64,000 bases of DNA from Dictyostelium discoideum. Its lineage: Eukaryota. The translations under genes were made by a program, and so were the position numbers. The DNA lies in assembly GCA_000004695.1 (NCBI GenBank), contig CM000152.2:544001-608000 (forward strand), given 5' to 3'. The notes below the pieces were generated by a model. The model searched no databases. It was given only the letters and a program-made list of their open reading frames with translations, and had not been told where the DNA came from. The stretch's first letter is position 1, and every line of letters starts with the position of its first letter. Positions 37,627 to 54,705 of this stretch are shown here, piece by piece.

Positions 37627-39695
37627 ATGGCATTAAACAGTAATATAAATATCCAAGATAGTAATAATAATGATAATAATATTAATAATAATAATGAATA
37701 TAATGATTGTAATGTAGCATATTTCACCAATTCTTCAAACCAAAAAAATTATGCAGGAGGTAGTGGTAATTTTGGAGGAGCGGCTGATGAAGGGGGCGAA
37801 TCTGAATTTTCACCATCTGCAATTATAATTAATAGTAGCAACAGAGATAATAACATTAATGGTGCTGACGGCGAATATTCCCCAATAATTATAATTAACG
37901 AGAGAGATGGTGGTAATATTGATAACGATAATGAAGAACAACAACCAATAATATTACATATAAAAAGTGAAAATAAAAATAAAAATAAAAATGTATCATC
38001 AACTACTAATACTACTACTACTACCATTGGTGGTGAAATTTATAATGAAATCGATATTTATAATGAAAATTCAACCACAACCACAACAAAATCAAAAAAA
38101 AAAAAAATAACCACATTCCAAAGTGGTAATTATTTTGTAAAATTAATTTCAATTTTTAAAACACTTTTTAAAAATAAAAGAAGAATATTAGTGGGTTTTC
38201 TAGCAATAAATATTGGTTTCCCATTATATTTAGCATATAATACACCAAGTTCAATGGTTAAAATATTTGGTATGTAAAAAATTAAAATAAAAAAAAAAAA
38301 AAAAATAAAATAAAACTATTATTTGTATTAATAAATAAAAAAAATAAAAAAAAAGATGAGCATTATGATATGAATGCATCACAGTATAGTAGATTGTATT
38401 CAGTTTATGCAATACCAAATATAGTATTAGTATTTTTAGGAGGAATATTAGTAGATTTAATTGGGGTTAATAAATGTTCAATTATATGTTCAACTTTATT
38501 AACAATATCAGTTGTATTATGTGCAATATCATCTACACCAGCAAATTATGAATTACTATTATTTAGTAGAATTTTATTAGGAGTTGGTGGTGAAACTATG
38601 ATTGTTTGTATAGCAAGTTATATAACTCAATTTTTTGAAACTTCAAATCAAAGTTTATTATTTGGTCTTGAAGGTATGTGGCTTCAAATTGGATCATTAT
38701 TAGCATTCTCTGTATTACCAACACTTTACGAATCAACAAGTTTGGCTTTTTCACTTTGGTCAATTGCAATTCTAGCTATGTTTTGTACATTTTTAAATAT
38801 AATTTTTATAATTTTTCAAGAAAGACTTAAATTTAATAAAAATGAAAATGAAAATGAAAATGAAAATGAAAATGAAAATGAAAATGAAAATGAAAATGAA
38901 AATATTGAATTAATAACTACAAATGGTGCAGATTTACCAAATTCAGAAATAAATACAACAAAAGTTGAAAAAAAAGAAAAAGAAGAGGAAGAGAATGGTG
39001 ATAAATCAAAATTAATAATATTAAAAAATAAAATTAAACAAGCAATATTATTAGTGAAAACAATGCCATCAAGAGTTTGGTTACTTTGTTTAGTTTCATT
39101 TTTTGGATATTCAGGATTCTTTGGAATGGATATAATTTTCACAGATATGGCAATTGAAAAGTATGGTTACTCTGATAGGGGTGCAGCGATTATTATGGCA
39201 TTTGAAACTTTATGTACAGGTATTTCAAGTCCGTTATTTGGTTACTTTGTTAGAAAATTAGAGAGAAATATATTATCGATGGGTATTGGATTGATGATGA
39301 TGTTGCTTGGTATGCTATTAATCGTTTCAACTTCAAATAATGTTAATCCAATTGCATTTGTTGTTATGTGTGGTATGGGTTACATTTTTATGACAAATGC
39401 AATATATTCCTCAATTCCATTATTAGTCGATTCAAATAGTCAAGGTACTGCATTTGGATTAATTGGAACTTCCTATAATATTGGTATTGTAATTTTCCCT
39501 TATATCTTATCCTCAATTCGTTTATCAAGTGGTTCATATACAATCTCATTTTGGTTATTAGTATTAAGTACTTTTATTGCTTTAATTGGTTTATTATTTT
39601 TAAAATATTTTGATTCAAAAAATAATATAAATATTTCAAATCGTTTAGATAGAGGTCATTATAATTTTAATAAAATTTTAAAAATAAATAAATAA
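37627..39695 (+). CDS. Major facilitator superfamily transporter with N-rich cytoplasmic N-terminus; 2 exons 37627..38269, 38356..39695 (660 aa)
   Basis: ORFs 37627..38277 and 38370..39695 join via a phase-1 intron (gtatgt at 38270, aaag|at at 38355). The join yields the MFS TM1-loop-TM2 motif ...VKIFDEHYDMNASQYSRLYSVYAIPNIVLVFLGGILVDLIGV (G-x-L-x-D-x-x-G). 10-12 further TM segments; (GAAAAT)n-encoded NENENE tract in the central loop. Confidence 0.7.
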
Positions 39696-39850
39696 AAACT
39701 AAAAATAAGTTTGAAAAAAAAAAAAAAAAAAAAAAAAGAAATTAAAGGATTTTCTTTGGAACCTAAAAAAAAAAAAAACATATGGTCTTTTCTTTTATTT
39801 TTAAATTTTATTTTTAAATTTTTTAATTTGATGATGAATTTAATCGGATT

Positions 39851-39905
39851 TAGATTTGAATTAGATTTGAATTAGATTTGAATTAGATTTGAATTAGATT
39901 TGAAT
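39851..39905. repeat. 11-bp minisatellite (tagatttgaat)x5
   Basis: Direct reading of sequence. Confidence 0.9.
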
Positions 39906-40770
39906 TTCGATTTGTACATGTTGGTTTTTTTTTTTAGAGAATCGAAAAAAAAAAAAAAGAAAAAAAAATATATTAATTCATTGAAAAAACGTATTGGTTA
40001 TCTTCCTTTTGTAAGAAATAGGTGGGAAATTTTTTTTAATTTTTTTTTTTTCCAACCTATTTCTTTTACAGCAACAAATACATTTTTTTATTTATTTTTT
40101 ATTTATTTTTATTAAATTATTAAAATTTGAACCATTTATTTAATTATTCGTAACATTTGGGAAATTACTTGAAAAATTGGATGACGACAAACCACCCAAT
40201 AAAAAAAAAAAATAAAAATAAAAAAAAAAAAAATTGTTTTTTTGAGAAATAAAAAATAAAAAAAAATTGTTTTTTTTTATTTCATCGCGATTGGTACAAC
40301 ACCCACTCCTACCCAATCAGAGTCAAAAAAAAAAAAAAAAATAATTCACTCGTTTTTACAGTAGTATCGTTTTTTTGTGAAAATAAAATTTTATTTCAAA
40401 AGCATGTATTTTTAGGTGTTTTGTACCCGTTGTTGGAATTTCAACAGTTTGATTTTGTTAAAAAACGACAAATGAAAAAAATGATTGGTTCATTATTTTA
40501 GTGTTATTGTGATTTTTTTCAGATTGAGATTTCGGCTTTTTTTGAAATACACATCAGTTTTTAAAAACAGTTTGTGCTCAATCAAATTAAAGGATTGTGT
40601 GTTTTCATTTCCTAATATGTTGTTTTTTTTTTTTTTATCATAAGACATTATTGTAAAAGAACAAAAAACATTTACTTTTTTTTTTTATTTTATTTTTTTT
40701 TTTTATTCAAATTTTAATTTAATTTTTTTTTTTTTTTTTTTTTTTCTAATCACTTTTCACTTTTCATTTC

Positions 40771-40806
<36 letters not shown>

Positions 40807-40883
40807 CCAATAATATAATTTTAATAATCCCTTTTCATAATTTTAATTTTTTTTTTTATTTTTTTTTTTTTTTTAAATTATTA

Positions 40884-40921
<38 letters not shown>

Positions 40922-41875
40922 TTATAATTTTTCATATAACATCATAAAATACTTCTTTTTTATCATTCCCAACTAAATAAGATTTTGTCCAATAAAAAAA
41001 AAAAAAAAAAATTTACACACAATCAATAAAAGGAAGCAAAGATTTATCACAAGATTTTATTGGTTCAGAGGTTTTTTTTTTCATAAGCAATTAGATTGTA
41101 TAAAAAATTACGATTGGAAATTTTTTAAAAAAAAAAAAAAAAAAAAAAAATTATTTTTTAAAAAAAAAAAAAAAGCCATTTTTTTTTAAGAATCTTACGG
41201 ACAACCCATTATCAATATTTGGTGTTCGATAAATTAATATTGTCTCAAAAAATAATTTTCGTATTTTTTAAAAAAAAGACAGTCAGTTGATTAAGATAAT
41301 TTAAAACGCGGGTCGTCCAATCAAAAACATTTTTTCCACTTTCCAACCTTTTCTATTTTTTTTTTTTTTTTTTTTTTATAATTAAAATATTATTAAAATC
41401 AATTCAATTTATTAAAAAAAAAAAATTTTTTGGTTTTTTTTTTTTTATCCACTTTTTTTTTTTCTTTCTTTTATTATTATTATTATTTATTTTTTTATTT
41501 ATTTTTTTTCATTTTTTTTTTTTTTTATAATAAATAATTTACAACAATATTAAAAATAATTTACATTTTAAAAATTTTATTTTATTTTATTTTATTTTTT
41601 TTTTTATTTAGAAAATAATTACATAAAAATAATTGTACGCATCACCACTTTGCTCATAGTAAAAATAATAATAGTAAAATTAAAATTAATCACATCAACA
41701 AAACACCTATAATTTGAAATTAAATTGCTAAATTTATCCCCCACCCCAAATTCAAATAACAAAATTTAATTTAAATATTTTTTTATTTTTTTATTTTTTT
41801 TTTCAACAAAAATAATCACGTAATCATCCATTTCTCGTTTTTTCGCTTTTGAAAAGGACCAAAATAATAATTTTT

Positions 41876-41910
<35 letters not shown>

Positions 41911-42247
41911 TAAACAATTCATACACGACAAGGCCAGGGTTATATTTTTTATTTTTTCAAAAAAAAAATAAAAATAAAAATAAAAATAAAGGAATTAATC
42001 AACTCGTTTTGAATATTTTTTTAATTAATCAACTCGTTTTGAAATTTTTTTTTTTAAATTTTTTTTTTTTTTGTCCAAATTTAAAATTTAATCATTTCAA
42101 ATAATAACCCAATCCCCATCACTGTTCAATTTTTCAAAACCACCATATAAAAAAAAATAAAATAAAATAAAATAAATAAAAAAAAGTAACACCAATCATA
42201 ATTTATTTTGGAAAATAATACATATTTTATTTTTATTTTTATTTTCC

Positions 42248-42283
<36 letters not shown>

Positions 42284-42380
42284 TCCTATAAATTAAAAAA
42301 AAAAAAAAAAAAATTAACCATATTTATTTATTTATATATAAAATAAAATAAAATAAATAAAAAAAAAATAAAAAAAAAAA

Positions 42381-43653
42381 ATGGTAGAATCACCAAAAGT
42401 TAGAAGAACATCATCAAGTCAAAGATTATATAATAATAATATTAAATGGGTTACTGTTAGACCATCAACAGATAATAATAATAATAATAGTAGTCAAAAA
42501 AGAAGTAGTAATATAAATATTTTTACAGGTGAAAGCCACCAACCTGAAGAATTTGAAATTGAAAGCCATGGAAGTAGTAGTAGTATTGGTACAAGTTTAG
42601 ATGAATATAATCAACATTATTTACAAGCACAACAACACCAACACCAACACCAACAACATAAACATATATTTGGGTCATCATTTGTTGATTTATCCGGTTT
42701 CACACCAAATAGTTTTGAATTCAAATATCCATCAGTTGGAAATTCTCCAAGTGTAACTGTTTCATCATCATTATCACTATCATCGTCAATCATGGGTACA
42801 AGTTCTGGTAAAAGTAAATTATCATTGGACACTTGGAAACTTGCCAATCCAGATTCCACAATTACAATTAAAAAAATAAAAACAAGTCCACGTGGAAGTA
42901 AAGAAGATATTTTTAATGCTGATTCCGAACAACAACCACAATCATCACCACAATTACAATTGCCATTACATCCACAACCACAACCACAATCACAATCACA
43001 TATAACTAGTAATGCTAATGCACCACAATCTTCATTTAATAAAGTACAACCACAAGGACAAGAACCACAATCAGTTGTAAATAGAACTAGATCAAGACAA
43101 TTATCTAAACCACCAGTTTTCATTCAACAATTTCAAAATCATCATCATCAACAACAACAACAACAACAACAACATCAATTATCAACATCTCAATCATCTG
43201 CATCATCATTAATTTCACATACTCAAAGAAGATTATCAAGAGCAAAACAACATCAAGTTGAATTTAATAATAATGGTAATGGAAATAGTAATAATGGTAA
43301 TGGTGAAAAAGTACATTTACAACATGCATTGGTTTTATATAGTTTTGATGCTGATCTTGAAGAAGAATTAAATTTAATTAAAGATACTACAATCATTGTT
43401 GTTGAACAATGTGCTGACGGTTGGTGGAAAGGTAGACATTTAGATTCCACCAAAGTTGCTACTTTCCCTGCAAATTATGTTAAATTAATACCATCATTAT
43501 TACCACAAAATAATAATAATACTACTACCACATTACCATCATCGTCATCATCAACTAATACTACTACTACCACCACTAATAATAATAATACACCAACATC
43601 AATTGATCAACAAATTCAATTATTAAATAAAAAAAGATCAGAATCACTTTCAA

Positions 43654-43713
<60 letters not shown>

Positions 43714-44832
43714 GTTGTTTTAAAGATGATCCAAATATATTTTTTCCAACATTTAATAATAATTTAAGTAGTAGTAATAGTAGTAGAGTAAATACTGATA
43801 ATGGGTCAATGTCATTTAGTAAATCATCAAGATCAATTAGAAAGAATAGTTTATCATCGTCATTTAGTAGTAGTAGTAATGCATCAGCATCGATTTTATT
43901 CCAAATTAAAGTTTATGTACCACCATTTCATGAACATACAATTATATTAATAGCTGGTGGTGATACATTAAAAGATTTATTAGAGAAACTTGGTAGAAAA
44001 AAGAAAATGTTATTCAATGAATTTAAATGTAAATTAAGATATTACGATTCAAATATTGATTTACCATTGGATACTTTAATTTCATCTTTAAAAGATTCCG
44101 ATAGAAATCCATTAAAATTATTCATGTTATCATTTGACTATATTAATAAATTTAATAATATAACTACAAATATCCAACTTTCAAATTATTTTATAATTTC
44201 ATATAATAATATTAAAAATAATAATAATAATAATAATCATAATAATAATAGTATTTTACAAAAACAATGGGTTATATTTGATAATCAGTCAATTCAAATT
44301 TTTAATAGTCATACAGATCAACAACCAATTAGAATTATTGGATTGAAATATAGTAGTGTGAAACACTCAAATTCTTCTCCAAATTGTTTTATTGTTAAAA
44401 CTCCATTTAGTTTATTTAAATTCACTCATGACTATTTTAATATCGTTAATCAATGGATTGATACAATTGAGCAATCTAGGGAATACCAAGATGGTAATCC
44501 AAATTTAAAAAGAAAACAAAAGAAATTAATTATTAAATCATCAGATTCTTTATCGAATACAACTTCTTCATTATCTTTCTCTGGTCATTTCCCACCACCA
44601 ATTGATAGAAAACAACAAATTCTTGAAATTAGAAATAAAGAAATTAATAGAGTTTGTGTTGACTGTTGTTCAAAAGATCCTGAATGGGCTTCAATCTCAT
44701 TAGGTTGTTTCTTATGTGATACTTGTTGTGGTATTCATCAAAAAGTACTTCCAAATTATTCTGAAGTTTTATCAGTAATTTTAGATGATCAATGGGAAGA
44801 TATTCATATTAATGTAAGTTGAAAATAATTAA

Positions 44833-44864
<32 letters not shown>

Positions 44865-45126
44865 TGTTTAATTAAAAATTAATATTAATAAAATAAAAAA
44901 AAAAAATATATACATATTTAAAAAATAGATTTTTGATAAAATTGGTAATAATATTTCAAATCAATATTGGGAATATAATTTATTATCAAAAATTGTAAAA
45001 CCAAATAGTTTGGCATATGAAAAAGAAAATTTTATAGTTTCAAAATATAAGAAAAAAGAATTTACTCCATCAGTAAATATACCATGTCCAATTTCAATTT
45101 TTAATAATGAATTCTCTAAACAGTAA
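42381..45126 (+). CDS. ArfGAP-domain protein with SH3, RA/ubiquitin-like and PH-like domains; 2 exons 42381..44813, 44929..45126 (876 aa)
   Basis: SH3: ALVLYSFDADLEEELNLIKDTTIIVVEQCADGWWKGRHLDSTKVATFPANYVKLI. ArfGAP C4 zinc finger NRVCVDCCSKDPEWASISLGCFLCDTCCGIHQKV...DDQWEDIHIN|IFDKIGNNISNQYWEY, split by a gtaagt/ag intron. PH-like WVIFDNQSIQIF...CFIVKTPFSLFKF...WIDTIE. Long poly-Q/N/S/T linkers. Confidence 0.75.
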
Positions 45127-45783
45127 TTCATTTATTTTAATTTATTTATTTATTTATTTAATTTTTTATTATTTTTTATTTTTTTTTTTTTCTGGAAAAA
45201 AAAAAAAAAAAAAAAAAAATATATTTTTTTTTTTCCAGCCCTATATATATCCACAAAAAAAAAAAAAAAACAAAAAAAAAAAAACAAAATATATAACAAT
45301 TAATTTTTTTAAAAAAAAAAAAAAGCTTCAAATTATTAAATTTAATATAGAATTTAATTTTTAAAGATTTTAAATAAATAAATTGTTTTATGCCAATTTA
45401 TTTATTCATTTTAAAATTTTTATAGAATTTTCAAAAAAAAAAAAAAAAAATAGGATCCTCTTTTTTAATTTTTTTTACCAGTTTTTTACTTTCACCAACA
45501 ACAAAAAAAGATTCTTTTCTTCTTTTTTTTTATTTTATTTTTTTGTTTTTTTTTTTTTTTTTTTCAATTTTTTTTTTTTTTTTTTTGTTTTTTTTTTTTT
45601 TTAATTGTTTTATTTTTTAATTTTTTTTTTTTTTTTTTTTTTCATTCAAAATAATACCACCACCATAACTCATTACAACAAACTTATTAATAATCATTAA
45701 AAAAATCATTTAAATTTATAAATTTTAAAATATAAAAATCAATAGTATAATATATATATAATATAACATAAAAAAAAAAAATC

Positions 45784-48434
<2,651 letters not shown>

Positions 48435-49094
48435 ATATATCTATTCCTTTGCTTGTAAATAATTAAATAAAATTTTAAAAAAGAAATAAAATTATCAAAT
48501 CAAAAAAAAAAAAAAAAAAAAAAAAAAGTTTTAATTTTATTTATTTTTAATATGGATTTAGATAAATAGAACACTAAAAAATACACAAAATGATTTTGTA
48601 ATTATTTTGTTTTTTTTTAATGAATTAAATCATTTTTTTTTTTATTTATTTATTTATTTATTTATATGAAACATTCATATTTGACATTTTTTGGAATTAT
48701 TTAAAATAAATATATTTATAAAAAAAAAAACAATTACAAAAAATGAATGATAAATAAATTAAAAAAATAAAAAATTTGGATTGAAAAAAAAAAAATAAAA
48801 AAATAGAATGATCATATTTATTTTTTTTATTTTTTTATATCAGTTTGTGTATTTTTGAGTGCTCTTTTTATCAATACTTAATTCATATTAAAAATAAATA
48901 TAATTAAATGGTTGTTAAAAAAAAAATAAAAAAAAAAATAAATTAAAATAATTATTTTTTTTTTTTTTTAAAGAAAAATTTGAATGTTTTATCAATTGTC
49001 CAAATTCTTCGTTTTTTCATTTTTTATTTTTAATTTTTTTATTTTTATTTTTTTTTATTTTTTATTTTATTGAAAACAAATTATAAACGAAGAA

Positions 49095-50230
49095 ATGTCC
49101 AAAAAAAATAATAAGAATGACACAGTAAATTCAAAAGTTGTTAAAAAATCACAACCACCACAACAACAACAACAACAACAACAAAAAAAACAACAACAAC
49201 CAGCAAAACAACAACCAACTAAACAACAACAACCAACAAAACAACAACCAACTAAACAACAACAACAACAACCAGCAAAACAACAACCAACTAAACAACA
49301 AGCACAACAAACAACTAAATTAACAACAAAAGAAAAAACAATTAAAAAAGTAGAAGAAAAAGAAGAAAATGTTGAAACAACAAATAACCCAATGGGTATT
49401 GAAAAAGAATTATTTGAAGAGATCTCAACACTTCAAGTTGAGATTGAGAATATTGGTAACAAAGAAATGAAACAAAAATTAAAATTAGATCTTGAAAGAG
49501 ATACTCAATTATCTCCATTATATGCAGAGAGAGAAGCAATCTTAAAGAATATTCCCGAATTTTGGAGTACTTGTATTTTTAAACATCCAATCCTTTCAGC
49601 ATTAATTACTGATTCAAAAGATATATCATTTTTGAAACATTTAAATGGATTCAATGTTGAAATGAAAGAAAATGGAAATGTTAAATTCACTTTTGTAAGT
49701 TTTTTTTTAATTAAATTTTTATTTATTTTATTTGTTAATGTATTTTTTTTTTTTTTCTTTTTCTTTATAAAATTTAATATTACACCTATGCTATACAATC
49801 ATATTCTAATTCTAATTCTAATTCTAATTCTAATTCTAATTCTAATTCTAATTCTAATTCTATTTCTTACTACCAAAGACATTCACAAATAATTCATTTA
49901 TTAAAAATAAACAAATTTGGAAGGAATATGTTTTTGATACAGATGGAGTTTCAACAAGTTGTTCACCAATTCAATGGAAGAATGGAAATGTAATTATTAT
50001 TTACTATTTATTATTGTTTATTTATTTATTTACCATAAAATCCAATAAACTAATTATTTATTTATTTTAAATTAATAAAGGATATTACAAAAAAGAAAGA
50101 AGGTGAAGATCCATCTTTCTTTAGTTGGTTTTCAGATCAAGATGACCTTGAAATATTTGATATTTTCAAACATGAAATTTGGATGTTCCCAATGGATTTT
50201 TATTCTAAAAAAGTTGAAGATGACGAATAA
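49095..50230 (+). CDS. NAP/SET-family nucleosome assembly protein (SET/TAF-I-like); 3 exons 49095..49694, 49879..49989, 50081..50230 (286 aa)
   Basis: LKNIPEFWSTCIFKHPILSALITDSKD...NGFNVEMKENGNVKFTF and C-terminal DPSFFSWFSDQDDLEIFDIFKHEIWMFPMDFY align with human SET ([26 protein letters not shown]...KSGYRIDFYF...ESFFTWFTDHSD...IKDDIWPNPLQYY). Intron 1 carries a (ctaatt)11 microsatellite at 49795-49862. Q/K-rich N-terminus. Confidence 0.75.
49795..49862. repeat. (ctaatt)11 hexanucleotide microsatellite in SET-like gene intron 1
   Basis: Direct reading. Confidence 0.9.
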
Positions 50231-50340
50231 AATAATAGTTTTTTTTTTTTTTTTTTTTTGTTTGGAAAAAAAAAAAAAAAAAAAAAAAAAGAAATGTTTT
50301 ATTTTTATTTTTATTTTTTTTATTATTCATTATTATTATT

Positions 50341-50778
50341 TTAAAATTTAGAGATTAATGTTAAAGTACCTAAAAATAATGTTGATATTATTATAATTTC
50401 TTTATTTTTTGAAATCTGAGAATGAGATGAAGAGGAAGAAAAAGTTGGAGGGAATTGAGAAGTTTGATTTTTTTTTATTTCTTCAACCAATTCTAAACAC
50501 TTTTTATCTTTGATTGAACAAAATGGAATATTTATACAATTTTCACCAATACAATCTTTTGGATTATTTTGAGAATTATTAGATGAGGTATTAATAGTAC
50601 CTATTATTATTGTTATTATTTATTATATATTTTTTTTTTTTTTTTTTTTTTTAAATTATTATCATTAAATGGAAATATATATACGTTTTTTTTTTTTTTT
50701 TTTTTTTTAAAAATTAATAAAAATATTCTAATTCTACCATGTCCTATATAAAGCCATTTCCAAACAGGAATGAACACC

Positions 50779-50809
<31 letters not shown>

Positions 50810-52136
50810 ATAAATTATTTAGATATTGTTTTTTTGATTTTTATGATTTTGTTTTTGTTTTTTTTTATTTTTTTTAAAACAATCAATCCAATTTATTTAT
50901 ACAAAAAAAAAAAAAAAAAAAAAAAAAAAATAACTTGATAAAAATTCCAATTATAAAAAAAAATATAAAAAAAAAGTTTTATAAAAAATAAAATAAAATG
51001 AATAAATTAAACTTACAATCAGGAATTTGATCATGTATACAACCAATTGAAATATCACAACTATCAGTTGTACAATCATTGTTATCATCACAGGAAATTG
51101 GAGTGTGAGTTATACCTTCTTCATGGGAACATTGGTCAAATGTACAATTATTAAAATCATCAACGGGCAATTCTTTATGAATACAGCCAAGTTTACAATC
51201 ACAATTATCAATGGTACAATCATTATTGTCGTCACATGATATTGGAGTGTGAATACAACCAGTTGAATTTTTACAAGTATCAATTGTACAAACACATCTA
51301 TCATCACAAGTTCTATTAAAAAATTGACAACCCTTGTATTCATTACAAACATCAATTGTACAACTATTATAATCTTCACAAACTAAAACCGGTTGATAAA
51401 CACATTCTCCTGTCAATTGATTACACCAGTCCATTGTGCAATCATTATTATCAGTACATATTCTTCTTCTAAATGAGCATGTTCCAGTCTCAGGATTACA
51501 TATATTATCAGTACATTTATCATTATCATCACATACCACCCTCTTATGAAAGCATCCAGTCAATGGATCACAAAAATCTTTTGTACATCCATTATCATCA
51601 TCACATGAAATATTTTCATAAATACATCCAATAACTGGATCACACATTTCATTTGTACACAAATTTTCATCATTGCATGATTCGTCATTATTACAATATC
51701 TTGTTGTTGTTGTTGTTGTTGCATTTGTTTTATTTTCTAGTTGGCCTATTTTTTTTTTTTAAAAAATTTTTAATTTTGTTTATAAAAAAAAAAAAAAAAA
51801 AAAAAAAATATTTATAATAAATTAAAATATATATAAATATAATAATTTTAAAAAATAATTAGAAAATAAAAGAAGAAATTTAATTTTTAATAAAAAAAAA
51901 AAAATTAATTAATAATTACTGTAAATTTTTAATCATTATTTAATAAATATTTTTTAAAAAATAAAAATAAATAAATAAATAAATAAAAAAATAATGATTA
52001 CAAAAAAAAAATTAAAAAATAAAAAAACAAATACAAATAATTTTTATCTTTAAAGTAAAAAGAAAAAAAAATTACAAAGTTACAACATACAATTTCCCAA
52101 TTGAATAAAAATAATGAATAAAAGTATAATCATCAT
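50341..52136 (-). CDS. Second Dicty-CTDC-repeat Cys-rich secreted/membrane protein; proposed 3 exons 52136..52091, 51745..51017, 50600..50341 (344 aa) with hydrophobic C-terminus (possible GPI/TM anchor)
   Basis: Core exon (ORF 50979..51662, extendable 5' to ag at 51746-51747) carries C-T-x-D-x-C repeats (NDCTIDNCDCKLGCIH, NNDCTTDSCDISIGCIH). Upstream mini-exon encodes MMIILLFIIFIQLGN followed by gtatgt. The 3' gtaagt donor after ...IHDQIPD leads to an in-frame downstream exon ending ...EIIIISTLFLGTLTLISKF*. The two introns are long (~345 and ~415 bp), so the outer exons are less certain than the core. Confidence 0.5.
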
Positions 52137-52285
52137 TTTTATTTGACACAGTTTAATTTTCATTTTTAGAATAATATATTCTTTTTGATCAGTTCTTAAT
52201 ACTATTATTTGTAGATATATTTATACATATTAAACAAAAAAAATTAAATTTATAGAAAGGGGAAAAAAATTATTAATTGCAATAG

Positions 52286-52321
<36 letters not shown>

Positions 52322-52989
52322 TTTTTTTTTTTAATTATTTAATTATAATAAAAATTTATTGTTGATTATTATTATTATTATTATTATATTGTTATTATTA
52401 TAAATGGGTATTTAAAGATGTATTTTGTTAAAAGTTTTTTGATTGGTTAATGTAATTAGAAGCAGTTGTTTGTAATGCAATTATTTTTAAATAAGTTGTT
52501 TTTTTTAGGATTGGTAAAAAATTTGGTTTTTTTTTTTTTTTTTTGTGTATGGATAACTATTTAAAATGGAATAACTCTAATTGAAAGAAAAAACAAATTT
52601 TAAAATAATAACCAACAAACAAATTTGTTATTTATTACCAAAAACAAACAACAAACATAAAAACGACATAAAAAAAAAAAAAAAAAAATAAAATTAAACA
52701 AAAAAAAAAAAAATAAATTAATAAAATAAAATAAAAACAAACATTTTTAAATTAATTAAATCATATGTAATTTTAACTCATGTCAACATAGAATATAATT
52801 TACTCTTTAAAAAGCCGTTCATATTATTCTATTTACCCTTCAAAGTAAAATTTTAATTAAACCAAAAAATTAATAATTAAATAAAATAAAATAAAATAAA
52901 ATAAAATAAAAAAACAAAAAAAAAAAAAAAAAACAAATAATAAAAAGAAATAAAAATAATAATAAAAATAATAATAATAAAAACATTAT

Positions 52990-53022
<33 letters not shown>

Positions 53023-54251
53023 CTCAATAAAACCACACATGAACAAAAAAACACACAAAAACCACATCACCCCAACATCACCCACCTTTACGTATATATT
53101 TAGTAATAAATTTTATTTAATAGTTTTTATTATTAATATTAGTATTATTTTTATTATTATACCAAATTTAATACATCAACCCTCTCTTTTCAAGATAACT
53201 CACCAAAATTTAAAAAAAAATAAAATAATAAAAAATAGTAATATGACCTCTTTCTCACACTCTTTTTCTATTTATTTTTTTCTATTTTTTTTATTATTAA
53301 TAAAATCGGAGAGGTATATGTTGTTTTTATTTAAATCATAAAACAAGATTAAAGACGTTATTTTTACATATATGTATATCTGTGTGTGTATGTGTATGTG
53401 TGTGTTCCCTATTGATAAATCAATACTATAAAATTAAAATTAATAAAATCCACCAATATTATGAAGGAGTGTTGGTATCTTAACAGTTTATTTTTATTTT
53501 TATTTTTATTTTTATTGATTTTTTGATGATTAAATTTTTTTTTTTTTTTATCCTTTTTTTTATCCTTTTTTTTAGTCTTGATCATTAATTTTTTTTTTTT
53601 ATTTAATACTTTTTGGATTTTAATTTTCTTTTATCACCATCTTCTATCTAATATTTTATGTTTTATGATGCAAAGATCAATCAAAAAAAAAAAAAGTTAA
53701 TGATCAAGACTAAAAAAACTTAATTAATAGCTAACGACCCAAGTAAAATAACAGTTCTTTGCATTTCATTTTACTTGCTCTGTTTTAGTACTGTTTCAAA
53801 TGTCAGAAAAAAAAAAAAAAAAAAAAAAAAAACTAACAAATGGAAATAAATTTCCAAAAATGTTTTTGGTTTTTGGTTGATTAATTTTAAGATATTATCT
53901 TTATTATAATTTATTTTAATTTTTATTATAATCTTGGTTTTTAAAGAATTTTTTTTATGCGTGTGGGTTATTATTATTATTATTATTATTATTTATTAGA
54001 TTATATCTTTATAAAAATTTATTATTATTTATTTTTTATTTTTTTATTATTTATTATTTTTATTTTTATTAATAATACTATTATTATTATTATTATTAAA
54101 TAAATTAAATTGGTTTTATATTTTAGTGTACCCTTACATTTCTATCAGGGTTATAATATTATAATTATTGTAATAAAGGGTATAAATCTATAATCTGTCG
54201 TGTTTGTTGTATTTATCAGGTTTGGTGAATATGGTGATAAATGACGCAACA

Positions 54252-54316
<65 letters not shown>

Positions 54317-54655
54317 AATATATTACTAGTATTCACTGGTGTGATTATTTATTAAAAAATAATAATTAAAATAATTAAAATAATTAAAATAAATGACTAA
54401 AAAAAAAAAAAAATAAAAAAAAAAATAAAAAAAAAACAAAAACAAAAACAAAAACAAAAACAAAATAACAAGTAAAAAAAAAGAGAAAGGAAAAAAAAAA
54501 AAGAAACAAGGGAAATAAAAAATAAATAAAAAAAAAATAAAAAAAACTATAACAACAACAACTTTGTTTCAATTTAAACTATTAAATATTACTATAATAC
54601 TAAATCCACCCATTATTCCATCATAATGCCTTCATTATTATTATTATTGTTGTTG

Positions 54656-54705
<50 letters not shown>

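Noticed and set aside
38816-39142. 108-aa minus-strand ORF with FSFSFS repeats
   Set aside because: Antisense of the (GAAAAT)n NENENE-coding tract within the MFS transporter.
42617-43123. 168-aa Cys-rich minus-strand ORF
   Set aside because: Antisense to the (CAA)n/(CAC)n poly-Q/H stretch of the ArfGAP gene.
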